Shown here in pieces: positions 27,001 through 28,833 of a stretch of DNA of 64,000 nt (positions are counted from its first letter, which is position 1; each line of letters begins with the position of its first letter). The position numbers were made by a program, and so were the translations under genes. Origin of the DNA: Candidatus Omnitrophota bacterium (lineage in GTDB: Bacteria > Omnitrophota > Omnitrophia > Omnitrophales > Aquincolibacteriaceae). Where the stretch lies: assembly GCA_030698625.1 (NCBI GenBank), contig JAUYMS010000030.1:20016-84015 (forward strand). The letters run 5' to 3'. The notes beneath the pieces are model-generated. The model was not told the DNA's origin. It saw only the letters and a list, made by a program, of their open reading frames with translations, and did no database searches.

Positions 27001-27627
27001 GGCACTCGCGTCGTCTCAGAGCGCGGCTCACCGGAACGGTCCGAACTGCGGACGGCACCGGGCCTTCATGCCGGTGAAGCGCTTTCTGCGGTTTCGCACA
27101 AGAGAATCTTTGTTGATTTCGCGGACCTTGCGGCAAATTTTTCGGATGAGCAGATCAAAGAAATCATCTATGTGGCCGAGAGAACCGGTGAGGATGTCGG
27201 CGTCGTTGTCTACAACCTTGATCCTCTGGAGGCGAACGGCCTCGGCAAGTTTTTCGAGAGCGTGAACCTGAAGAACCTCGTGATTGAATCGGCGGGGCTG
27301 GAAGAGGCCTACCGGAACAATACCCGCGAATTCCAGGGAGAGATCATTCACCTCTCAAGCCAGGCCTCTGAGATCAAAGCTGAGACGGTCCGGCAAATAG
27401 TGCAGGGTCAATACGAGGTGTTTGCCATGGCGCATACCGGCAACGCAAGCGGGGCCCTCGGGCTGGGGCTTATCGAATTGCGGGACGGCGATCTGAGCCA
27501 TACGCTTCCCGATTATCTCGACTACGACCCTCGCGGCCGCATCTTCGTTTCCGACCCCGAATATTCCGCCTATACCGATCTCCAGGAACTCTACGACACC
27601 ACCGTCGCCTTCGCCCGCGCCGCGTAA
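16..27627 (+). CDS. Giant multidomain protein (>=9203 aa, 5'-truncated by the window); putative RSELR-delimited polyprotein
   Basis: Single uninterrupted frame, open from base 1 (gca cgc ggc ggc atc atg), ending TAA at 27625-27627. Recognisable domains occur in frame along its whole length. Confidence 0.95.
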   Translation: MMRQGKLVRVSFTDPVVIHEFVDYTDSAIQVNRNFQERVRKLGISMPSHPETDEYIYRKDVATMILSGLKGVNIPETTLVMADPDERLAERIRKTRAADPANLEIIEVSPRDWSIHEKVRRILDDFLKPPGREEAVLKPHHGSGGVDVMIFGRENLELAINHALRLLRSGKNLILQERIRSPLIRHEGVLKDWTLRDFIALTPEEGRTVVSDVLIRYDRAGRPVNITQFADVMTREDLVLSEMDGDFEWNRERLETLNHDLRETGEHIYAPIARLMREDGVLGEDEYPTEFMSADLMYDGGKLYVIELNNDKTGGMGWLNDHLRRRAEAGDKDAEARIGASVRDWTNYMVHRAGVYKSTILGMEAQTVSAAEIYAALPREHRDYLDIIELLAEVSDFLYLPVKPKLSAVREWDEKRLNQMKQALSRLIDGNFRKDNLREMPAKSQARLLDLTARLGIKLDPAAVRSALAPSHESAAGWRDDNTVELKRRRELFEEIEGALLRSPYAEKLAETLPGRNIEKTTEQILDAFLRTPRHLFVPDRLRERAYEDKAFHVGLGQSISQPSLMAFVLAVLDIDENKKVLEVGAGTGWFAAWMGRLAKEVYAVERIEALTELARQNIGNLGIENVSVITGDGHKGLPEEAPFDAIVVSASTPKVPDNLLRQLSAAGGRIVIPLEKGNGQQELTLITRYADEYTYTPLREVRYVPLLDGNRDDSTRSELRVTVDHMAAKLQREISSRGGRNIRVEISPSLGEWLRRDAVFPAGLFNGYASFIEALNFSPDNKVRIIFASWSDEHFNVRIDGTWRSIEEMRAFVTDKNIVVLNLREAMADPDGLRDDAYHELAHVKTFERIYDVVQTDATYYVLETLADALPYEALLSKNKTAARKHFNRVILPQMRGYTAKELRGEMADLATGRYRHAEKLIKFLFFTKRYGKEKDYEAFFERLRQHYPKRGVVTRLKTGAGKMVDEMNKALDDLAQFEKTEKTMVYDAIGASRKTAEAFLKAVSGRGRSELRESTHEDAWLTHPAETDWTKRTPSQIGLLVRLMLQRAEISIDRLMQLPAEEAERVFRATPIEPLSNGEPYTLEPLYRAYDNLREAEGSTLSTLQFLFYRNRIPFKGQESAARRHILDEHISGNERQWFSTIAQELDFEAWMHLFDTDQGQAALFLLLAKRYPDFPKTALLALISEKFMDYEERNGIEPFTREVLMGERTEKALAAYWSGNITTRLEQQEIEDLRDTIARQIIIRIHNSIWDKAHKVKRARGKSAAHKAVEIGRQWFSARLNDREHPVPRDVRTIFTRIRKHYDKLSQVNYQRHVKFQNGNGMSQLMLHQVEGIYFARHQNDGRVILGDEMGVGKTVQSLIAAEDAGAESVLIVAPTRLLANWEKEIRDWLGKDQKIAVIRGSGKAKLRQIEEAKEAGARFILINYEAMANVKESRNGDAVVDALNDWDFDFLIADEVHWVKNPSAERTKGFRKLNKKKAKAMYLSGTSVVNGVGDLFTALNAVDPERFPTFKKFVGEFTEDGRRARGTVSDPLKFAQLNVELNQKYFLRRTLEQVMGHLPKKHDLEEIHIGLDPEQIEVMEDVEEHNDLLRKGELEIDDDEELPENGKRGPSRGFGPYEIQKQVLIDLELLNGMDYKHSDPPKYRAALQKVREVIAKGDRIYITSRYRKVIYRLREFLADAIGADAISYIVSSEHDGVEQDAIVREFNENQKKKVFLSTYGIGGEGLTLKANHVLFVDLPYTPAKMNQVIGRVYRYGQEKEVYVYALVVPDTVDEDILDILSRKESLFDQIIRGKLNVEDTRKMLKHLEEQEDRRSGRKSQAQKARARIADIYNLLNEGENELAQREWDDFMELYEEAIEDVAATAATQALYSYMLQEHDGNRIDLGYKSDDYENPRWGFLASGPSVDLRVLRQMQEHFSERGVAVEGIDYYELDSSAKARALGHAWQVTKSFPNRPSSQLTYDLYNDNLPQNQFDFVSSSEIARPRPRIKNKKGISMKLWALSQMVQSATAGGLVLIWDHHGAFSKKAMDFLSNEETFDLEIINTEGSAIKIPGLDEATRNMVDGVTFILARKRSHKTFSVEDLKRIQKKWPDGLHIDRDQQLGSRIAKRRPLKMTDEAPDDKPRRGVLDVITPGAPAGLISLVQRVIKNKKRTGADQNMEERLIEVFEILRSGSRKPEDVRKLHEHLRKILERGLEPDGIRILLSRVKRYKRYQNRKDLNAVIAMLEGTLAKADDETEPREKGEKETGGKGAGASKRGRRPGNELPKIIINDGDVLQALSLQGIIFRKSSKSIRTGVHVEGATVWVDPYLIASRVLSPEERQYILQLLVYMHLELVHPDNPAAALLVGLRHFRELLDKDEVHAALQKMEPDKTNIFYFFFDSHDLPTWQEVEQIIAVDPSSVPPYRVQDILGRFTQFLLKHRSSEHLPPELPDEGAIPALLVKAGEIDGKHGKKIAAARKTQPKKMRSKHRQEESLRIVERVLAAHQITITDWNDDAAADVIRERMLTGPVNHDSLWRYFHEPLLRVNQDWRASEEAKERVQTVYRALLPMQFRAVLKAGSYRWDESREKLNEAWMNERDYLTLGEEMKQQNGDYVEDAFWKRREQDLGIKNGMNERRWAMSARAGIRKGFSEETNTEIIRGFRAYLTNPLSLFEENEVIAPYAEISVKVADIPGAKGSRVSIAFEDREVAYLGTGYSEDNLIGRWYVVQKFPSSEVEYQDKDLRAIDDILLELKYHFEKIDTLTRSQHREFVPHYSSPFFADSARLMSQLDSNELGLNRDRFGGDAMKIVNILIPILKGTGTSDEAKTAARRFLTAVAPSMADEIAEGSIDKTLLSRAILTERKIQVDYEDKYREGGFSDEEQQLETDKVRHASIMARHVAKLALTEQSQQALIADFVEKHAGDFPEGLKAEDLRIDIVWNQTLRDEGIQERAAVFASHSNVRIIRDDEVLAVLGLNFMPGDMQGRWHLSQKLYKNGKFEFPRGKFIRTGQMDAAEREAGIDLGLLRHQGVVIGRPNYKSLVLVENPAKEGQVFVLRMTTPGSLFGTAADREPVTKIDIAQDAVYRMPDSGVVLHVKDGLITVKAEVKPGAWESYHWIYHAVFDADEWPQMDFPEFSGGDFIVDDEVRDVALQKVERWSQDTTYAAITAADVADGPLFFRPSAEAAYGLAAVRNPWLDDSILIFQTDIDGRMIAPSPKPILGVDLDANETWRSPIRGVGRDGKTLYFWLHPQTGSIYWAHFEINNGASSAEPPSDGDEIVHPAYPFKEGHLEQAANARAGIIQIQDKGGRSGVRDVYEISRDVLAHDGVIVTYYSTMNRYAGVSHLHVIQSRENPNLVYIYGLDENFRYVPRDERDHLHVLDLRNPDSRTTDADRRGNITFKVINAGNALKIIRSHSDMEGQRARGEEVYAAKFVPDDEGDDDWKTIQSILNAAAVINGNAQFPHYDSPVFGEFVRKILHELSPEELGSRDGSTHRRFHERGKNLIEPLLVMAESTTAPARVRDTAKKMLIAFAPEMRRQILAGNIDRQQLMRELIGEKTEYVGLERNLQAEGSTREKQALENMRLPNARFASILARYNSALKLDAKARDLLLDDFMEKHGQGLDRETLRVEVAQEQEIEDYTSGGGFLDHVSDLVSRIRIIDGEEPLAELGVMYSEDDMQGEWRLLKDAGRESVPTGSYLFPEGEFKKNKLMPKNATEINPEDWNDGAIVFQQLGSAYAPSPIALVPSFVDPNKILVLPVTSHFRTFKETALREPLGVLDLSNPSEDYLKVSFWPDRQDLQGRETLLRVIDGGKVEVVQLNGEAVPTMSRAAFGADDWTQVPMAEVVGGTFKRGPKLQSKDPRKFAYLARKKFENGRSLMIREPEDTYLVAGQNPWDAKSVIVFRTDAEGHMLDEMDGRPILAFSTIKAGVHQVGDIHFQFDDFVVDGLMAMRKGEGEDEETAAYEATFVPGPEPYPFLGGNFAPKAGQELEGIEITGGGITEEYEISGEVLGGDGAVVTYYSSHSSYRGVSHLHFIRSRKNPDWVYAYGLDGNFRYSQWRNTPLIAINLNKRISSYARGEHMGNIEVKPNSSADGIVVHRRNQMNVETAKDENGEVQILDVSFDRRRAEVVFAAEFHPDGAESEGRLNTFKARFMADEGWFAYPYVHGRLKKTSVDAQDGIQFSRRNGSSTSKISREALAGKGVLIAQYKYTKAESEELVYYHLMLDPENSKRLYIYELDGDGRAVPADPEPLAILNLSDSQFEWSNKHSNLSVGANYGEPGFLLSVNHNKGPFGEVYRAEFIADPPAERSVSETYPAYPFAEGAFRTLATGEGMTRGHSDVFQTAEIDRSVLAAEGVVATHYVPYGPHRGVSHLHIFQDRSNPDLIYVYGLDEKFHYGQWRSGPLAVLNLADPALNVGEGVRRGNVWVQKSADKNKVLITHKNPRYPRRPDRDEGIYRVQYVSREQAKYPYAGGRLVRPAGNEATAGITFGLKAAKGSAAYELSPESLSGTGVLVAEYVRSPSWSQEIFHHHLFLDPLDPRKLLLYRLDEEGRATGEHQTPVTVLDLDEEFRWSTGTFILMNDKNGKGLSLTRRKGPFDKVHRARFVPDGGEAVPDKALERSNLVRNGVFKRLTQLRRFKFGEFTDHAASSKFRWTASVGRPQLDAGQALLVLESKLGSERTSLVAVRHSSRVGVVQIYRLGNDDRIVDARAQLVTELNAEESESLGLFTFTVKSNGAVEVSKADGRVVAYSAEFIPGESAASGDDRLLEEALTYVGGHYPDYDYLFGVFSYDDLEWPSAFKPFFEILKNPDASAQAKEFVRRIFLARAPSLYEAIVSGEILGMDEDELLKIFKQEEALWDFQQKFDGKGGEIHTAYYAIEEAQKEKGLEGVEISAVRMAGLLADSEPLVPRGPSAGFSTATQAALKNDFFDRYGALFDGLERKDLYIDYEFDVPAYENLKIARIIMRRGIDGPELAHLGTGRTFDNVQGVWHLNHELVKASVPGEYIFFRSEEPLEGERAPDGRDLILPLAAFRQTVGEEEKITGGVFIIGDRFGSIPHGDAIAVQHPDHPHLIFIFNNLGREGNIIDESYRQPQPAAILDLLDPQPVEVEGTRYSVTPDGRIRIGNANLDKRGSASVFGLVGGSLVWSSKPGQNEATGASDDIEVPLDPQTTALRELLGGDLLHKILRPDYKGADIRQAVRKLKKDKFWWPFDQNASPYARLVTERIYAATVPALADRVLSGDLDKETYNAELDRDLGGKDFSRLRRMSMRDNDGKARELSRPDKEWLIADFFSRHADALDEDLGPEALDLRIKETDSETDFLIVRRYKVQGETEALARLGTGFEFGNLQGRWYIEGGALRGAFKTGKHFGSIGDGATTVTLEPSVLDTGGVYLDSAHHDVSRGFVLPVVLRRDINRPTLVHAYMLSPQGSYGGIKSGWEYSLADIDLTKTGSEYRVEETRITVLAGGRLQISLTEKSNLSHGVYAAEFSPVRRESNAPDLAVVHDIIAAYGLHRYLGSDQFGSWARPHILHGGLDAKRWHDSFKPLLGIVNNAEADPEARRLAQRVLVALTPRLRDRIYPDGAAEQAALNVPAATELTKDDIFNWAQGKADPAVGATLVMPVTYYDEKKGGADVIPRARVEVKSAGTGKSFAVPIDDLRLKRKELKNATLAVIEDANLGKVLAIFAPDDYESWRFGNYTVTPLAVFPVTAKHNGFRQLAVPFLVDIDKLSRGELEEVRVPGHPWSYIKTAARVEPPSGKMESTTARIILKSTAFGVLVQMGFTPTAADLEKIDLESGERNMDVYVVIRQHPNRGPMVQVFRLKDYDPAKPAEYGEPIVTYAYVDEKWTQIIPAVNDIIDAAYGRKDLVETADAFEQKVAINQDGRRASITITTGTHGKNKKAFSFTFSKEEIDEFKLAENPAIVRLKVDRDYGPYIAVSARVNGEERLIGNSVEVKNEAQKTRRVDFDKEAFADFLNSANNIHGEPIAPRIYTHAHELTEQNRYMVDVLNRAQVRSLDEHGIKRPVFIPRPDAKYGWVFETHDVDTYNKDPGKKPEVVLARRPGHTTLMKVNRVSAPAEPEAKRDTEGSILDEATLLSELMSESHLQMFHEQDAMYWNRNYGEAEDIARWAERAGEWKDRWIHSDPVREASLQASIYGKLKLSSDSQKLLIRDFLDKHGDQFAIPLGAQDLWIRIFAFDKHYPDGEVRQASRIAVAHKDTGRILATLGNFHEPGDLQGYWRLEPWSNPPVPAERFKQHGFKERDYVRDADGTVRMPHINVPALLATRVANEQPGVTSGWMLTRRQRDSKHVLIAKGRSHEPGEILGVLDLTRPGSSVTLDHATFTVESNEKVAVVQAPDPALAAIATVLGSVKVKGSSTLSEGSATVRYVTDEYGARRFRHAFYDQRGSATDQSDWDRIHEPLVRVLEDPAASETAKRVVLRIYLALVPDLREMMESGTIDRARLREELRNEHKIWEHIEAKIERGHAKARGEHNYPKDFGPGFKAKRIPAGVSIRRLTPVKWAAMLANEYKIEELETGDEELLKKDFLTRHGTDFGDVLDSGDTKIRMRFSGVEVVLAEAEETVIATLGDGYHPKELRGTWSIDNEFKFDASLHQLKKILYKGAMVRMEDEIWNREIFGEIVRGDLYVLAGKAKWETVHEPMLEILRDEKASAETRRVIKLIYLAITPSLHAEILGGELWNHKAAIQNELEKEVERAGQEYRAAKAEQEFPDMTLTRQASAYARVGQNRIFVGADEEALIDDFWQQHSSDLPPWFERERLKLIATQIHIDKIHELMPHGERLYVTIAHTADDGKQTTLARLGTSFAPNNLVGQWSILWENIVMPALSREALNFEDYKQLGMGSDRAEIIVDAQTLLQSGGLFIDRSSQSERYRNLALMPGPSSKNVLLVIAVDDKAPDGDQLPLGTLRLDQPGFSRVERNETQFEVLENGQVVVRPGVFDGSIPEGYIRHNPVYQLASKKRSELRSSIQVGNPLYPGKLEMFGDAIMFQWPAEGSEDDALVLMGGKHREDQLILNGVLIRPGTKIQEMQGTMALEHVMGGLVKVTREHYAASEYPLELHNVQNPYILAVANQLFEPGTLEIVPEMMSAEEVLENEGRPARWRPLDDIDFYSEFGPVTVYTDDFLNAKELAEFQLTKKDGRYEVTGPAPEGMRVHVSGNILRVTDPATNRKIRVLALERPFKLRGKLRESFGLARSELRADNNGRVVMTTSLEGFEPDETALGAEARAHLKSFRKSDAVGRGDMARLFFDFLLQDEIDVELLDIGYERALKRYMKDRITPQIRNGLLIKVPIAGFMGDEARNLLTALLMGRVSAREVLTIAILEGVRIPDVFPDTEAFTAEQKEKQRDRAQNFSERYSALLSGKEEISISVKLPPEDEVDSLFGEISRLGRDLSEIHIFADRDLGDLREFWRASRKGTPKPRPSYLTPVEAALIVRMPQRTFESYLYHLESQQIESMDSFIQKHLVATGHIKLSDIEAKLDTAPKDLTEIIEDARRGDVFAFFDLIQRLHVQVIAFKKIKTGVDVAEKQKRALPSLARILDKHITAFEGYDEKFRAGFGRLVGYLDELLALPALKRAVLEDAFYRARMIELIETLFRNDDLATAQDRARLLQALAHLTTAEDNTHIFIMEEMELEMLGEGREIEGAIDAYITALRELSARDPKILRFLKLRIQYLSMKEHKQDAGNEDAAIAARRRRVAKTQLDAYQTVLGRIDESLLRAVTRDPVKENALDEFLALGEGSWKKKATLLAEIQKDPELKRSSRVIDEAFVGRIRQQIEKLYAAEDISQDQRDEKLHAAEAYRRALKLAEPQGASAVASSAVYFTQAEAAAHLVLEIENEVRHLFDEDPNRNPIEIYQAARDVYADSKAFLGSEQRIYFETALVILLRELYTIQRLRWRTYELGLLKDLKDLGFSSTSGVTNEDPKQAEFMRNLLGFLPGQYQVMFYPGSVEVTMDESSFKRAWKLTGNGFGREVENLSQVEIAVYNGEGAAGFYSEGFPLRLGDVAYQGITSFGTNSSLGTGDWVARHEQGHSLFRNYRIYDSFLDQSDSGAALLAPWVDKWEKEFLEGGVQDPDLREKLVRLYGDHFRWFQEEMMMKYLQAEDGHIIKPQGNIKSWFLSYINMEGYGSARARYLNRVRDPDLVEKFHNEMREFTNDKEPRIGRMLEQSAAEYLDIYEAWKDELRPEGFSERDVMRLVGYFGAFLGPIFKLRRLRKATEWAVDPARRVEGSQRSELRMDGEEELIEAREAWKKAHEALEAAGSTATLELGNFAHMEGYEGYLGAMPNVPAELFDDMYRGATLATFELNQHSFLNYLTHVREGYMGPAQGESTFYKKAIASVIRTGVKYGAGVDADGKLNNPMLRIMDDSRPSDVIQVPWGGRTLHVRDIGGELKEAAPITEQEILAGLERMDGIYHWNLRVNRLISFDAPGNTFGRALSVYEPPHESIRAVIAGIQKQFGDRLRSLGLSDDDMHSFIANDYIIPLFVSMRDVRQLKHIAGEILELIEHSQDKVPAEMRIVHLGGMAHYASLKSLIKVLEFAGRGTPVTVGKAWNDPRYEAHRHEKDDTLRERLVTRHIREIFNHVHLEDGDVRMDVDFFVERFGRFLDSGGSAYAQPFMTRQALLLRQKGELEAAEMTLMRALKIDPRDPGVLINLGMVYAEMGRSAEAAEAYAKALSLDPYLASGHFNLGNLYARSGDMAAAISAYRKAVQVQPYYLPAWQNLANTLVAVNDYPEAIKAYAQAVHLAPNDPELLYNLGILSIMTGRVNAALEIKDRLQTSEPERAAQLELYARSVLRSTALAGKLLEKRDVVNLELGKLRYGQDGRLAEGQEADIGNLIREGKYLLVQFGGYGSDAQAWARAKHDLKSFAYALTLALKDEGDQAAADVIREILYNGFVHGNKLAERLPMFLHLELDAERHDTVQKIEVVDAASLKPLTTEQIKTGKDEAKLWGAEDGIPGITARGWSYEREAIRHESLDDAIGTRVVSERGSPERSELRTAPGLHAGEALSAVSHKRIFVDFADLAANFSDEQIKEIIYVAERTGEDVGVVVYNLDPLEANGLGKFFESVNLKNLVIESAGLEEAYRNNTREFQGEIIHLSSQASEIKAETVRQIVQGQYEVFAMAHTGNASGALGLGLIELRDGDLSHTLPDYLDYDPRGRIFVSDPEYSAYTDLQELYDTTVAFARAA
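160..960 (+). other. ATP-grasp ligase-like domain (RimK/YheCD-like) within giant protein
   Basis: Motifs VLKPHHGSGG (421-450), LILQERI and ADLMYDGGKLYVIELN (ExN at ~931-942) match the ATP-grasp fold. Boundaries approximate. Confidence 0.75.
1582..2139 (+). other. Protein-L-isoaspartate O-methyltransferase (Pcm/PIMT) domain within giant protein
   Basis: PRHLFVP, AYED, GQSISQP, VLEVGAGTG, GDGHKGLPEEAPFDAIVV, GGRIVIP and terminal VRYVPLL form a complete Pcm signature. Confidence 0.92.
2179..3042 (+). other. Zincin-like metallopeptidase module 1 within giant protein
   Basis: HELAH at 2533-2547 with a downstream Glu (LETLAD). The module sits exactly between two RSELR motifs. Confidence 0.55.
3997..5410 (+). 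other. SNF2-family DEAH-box helicase/ATPase domain within giant protein
   Basis: HQVEG, LGDEMGVGKT (motif I), LIVAP..LLANW, DEVH (4387-4398), SGT, FLRRT, STYGIGGEGLTL, QVIGRVYRYGQ (5266-5298). Confidence 0.93.
7576..20934 (+). repeat. Region of divergent internal protein repeats (three families) in giant protein
   Basis: 8 copies of LAxLG-x8-(L/M)xGxW, 8 copies of a helical W..xEPL...AS..AK...RIY.A..P.L motif, >=10 beta-rich modules ending (Y/F/H)xAxFxP/A, and 4 copies of a further ~120-aa unit at 16790-18200. Confidence 0.8.
23950..24400 (+). other. Zincin-like metallopeptidase motif 2 within giant protein
   Basis: AAGFY upstream strand, HEQGH at 24133-24147, downstream FQEEM as a possible third ligand. 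Confidence 0.5.
25903..26420 (+). other. TPR repeat array (~5 repeats) within giant protein
   Basis: Canonical 34-aa repeats: ALKIDP..VLINLG..G..EA..AY, ALSLDP..HFNLG, AVQVQP..WQNLA, AVHLAP..LYNLG. Confidence 0.92.
26640..27030 (+). other. Degenerate HATPase_c (RsbW/anti-sigma-factor-like) domain within giant protein
   Basis: N-box-like EILYNGFVHGN (26725-26757), then IEVVD and a G-rich GAEDGIPGI segment. Confidence 0.45.
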
Positions 27628-27641
27628 ACGAAGAGGACGCG

Positions 27642-27789
27642 CGAGGTGAAAACGAGTCTGCCCGAAACGCTCCGGATTTCTTGGCCTATCCTGCCCATCA
27701 AAGTCTTGTCGAAAACCGGCGACTTTGATACTCGCTGATACGGCCCAAGAAATCCTCCGCATGTTTCTGGCAGCCTCTTTCTCACCTCG
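27642..27789. repeat. ~148-bp imperfect palindromic element (REP/MITE-like or structured RNA), copy 1
   Basis: Self-complementary arms CGAGGTGA/TCACCTCG, CTGCC.GAAAC/GTTTC.GGCAG, GGATTTCTT/AAGAAATCC, ATCAAAGTC/GACTTTGAT. A homologous copy lies in reverse orientation at 61993-62138. Confidence 0.85.
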
Positions 27790-27979
27790 AACACAAGCTG
27801 GTGACCAGACACCCAAAAGAGAGCCAGGTTAACTCACGTTAGCCTGTCCTTTTTTGTTTCTACCTCAGTGAGTGTAGGGTCGTTATGGTGGGAGCCCGAA
27901 GTATGCATCCTCTATGGCAATGCGCTGTCCTCCCGAATATAATAAAGCCCACGTGACCACCCCGCGGGAGGTCTTAGTT

Positions 27980-28552
27980 ATGGAAAATAGGTTAAAAGAG
28001 CTCTATGGGCTACTTAATGCGACTAGCCGAGAGGATTCACAATATTCAAGCAACATGATGCGCGCTCTGGTCTTGGCGAATCAATTCATTCAGGACGTGC
28101 GCTACCCAATTGAAAGCCGGGCGCAGGTGCTAACTAATTTCGTGGAAGTTGCTGTGATTTGCGCGGACATGAGCGGATCGAAAGATGAAATCTTCGCGCG
28201 GAGGAACGAACTTTCGAAGGATAACTACTTTCGCTCTGTTTTTGTTTGGAGCTACCTCAGGGACGCTAGTGATCCACATCTATGCAGACGCTGGGCAGAC
28301 CAAGAGATCGCAGCAGGGCGGCTACCGGCGGACATAGTTACAGCAGAGGACAACGCTGCATGGGATAGATTCTTTGAAGAAGCAGATAAGAGGGAGCTGA
28401 GCATCGAAGAGCAGAACGCGCATGAGCGGCAATTCGAGCGGCTGGCTAAAGAAACGTGCGAGGATGATATTAGATGGGACGGTAGTGATCATGAGAGTTT
28501 GTTGCTGGATGAAGTTGTCAGGTATACTCGGGCCGCTAAGGATTCTAAGTGA
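27980..28552 (+). CDS. Hypothetical protein
   Basis: Open frame. ATG at 27980 is preceded by a GGGAGG Shine-Dalgarno; the ORF track start at 27914 is less likely. Confidence 0.65.
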   Translation: MENRLKELYGLLNATSREDSQYSSNMMRALVLANQFIQDVRYPIESRAQVLTNFVEVAVICADMSGSKDEIFARRNELSKDNYFRSVFVWSYLRDASDPHLCRRWADQEIAAGRLPADIVTAEDNAAWDRFFEEADKRELSIEEQNAHERQFERLAKETCEDDIRWDGSDHESLLLDEVVRYTRAAKDSK

Positions 28553-28833
28553 TACTCCCCGATTTTTTGGCGAAAATCTATGAGTTGTATTTTGCGGGAC
28601 TGCGGTTGGGCCGATAGCAGCTGCCAAGGGGCACTTTTTCGCTGCCCCGAATAATAAGTTTTGGCGGACTCTCTATGATATAGGCCTTACGCCTCACGTA
28701 CTCTCCCCGGAGGAGGATTGTGAGATAACGAAGTATGGCATTGGTTTGACGGACCTGGTGAAGAAAAAAGCGGCGGTGGACGCCGGTCTTTCAAAAGAGG
28801 ACTATGATGTGGGTAGACTTATTGATCTGAATA
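28549..28833 (+). pseudogene. mug: Mismatch-specific uracil-DNA glycosylase (Mug/TDG family) pseudogene
   Basis: ILPDFL, then a frameshift to ENL*VVFCGTAVGPIAAAKGHFFAAPNNKFWRTLYDIGLTPHVLSPEEDCEITKYGIGLTDLVK. In-frame TGA at 28581-28583; C-terminal half missing. Confidence 0.8.

Noticed and set aside
2164-27051. RSELR sites as DNA-level recombination repeats or intein junctions
   Set aside because: Synonymous positions vary and the flanks are unrelated. There are no Cys-start or His-Asn-end intein motifs.
27642-27789. Hairpin element as tRNA, tmRNA, SRP or 6S RNA
   Set aside because: No cloverleaf, T-loop or SRP loop motifs. Its occurrence in opposite orientations and inside a mosaic fits a dispersed repeat better, though an Rfam search was not possible.
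27827-27844. GGTTAAC-TCAC-GTTAGCC resembling integron attC core sites
   Set aside because: Only 18 bp with no L boxes, and no integrase or further attC sites are visible.
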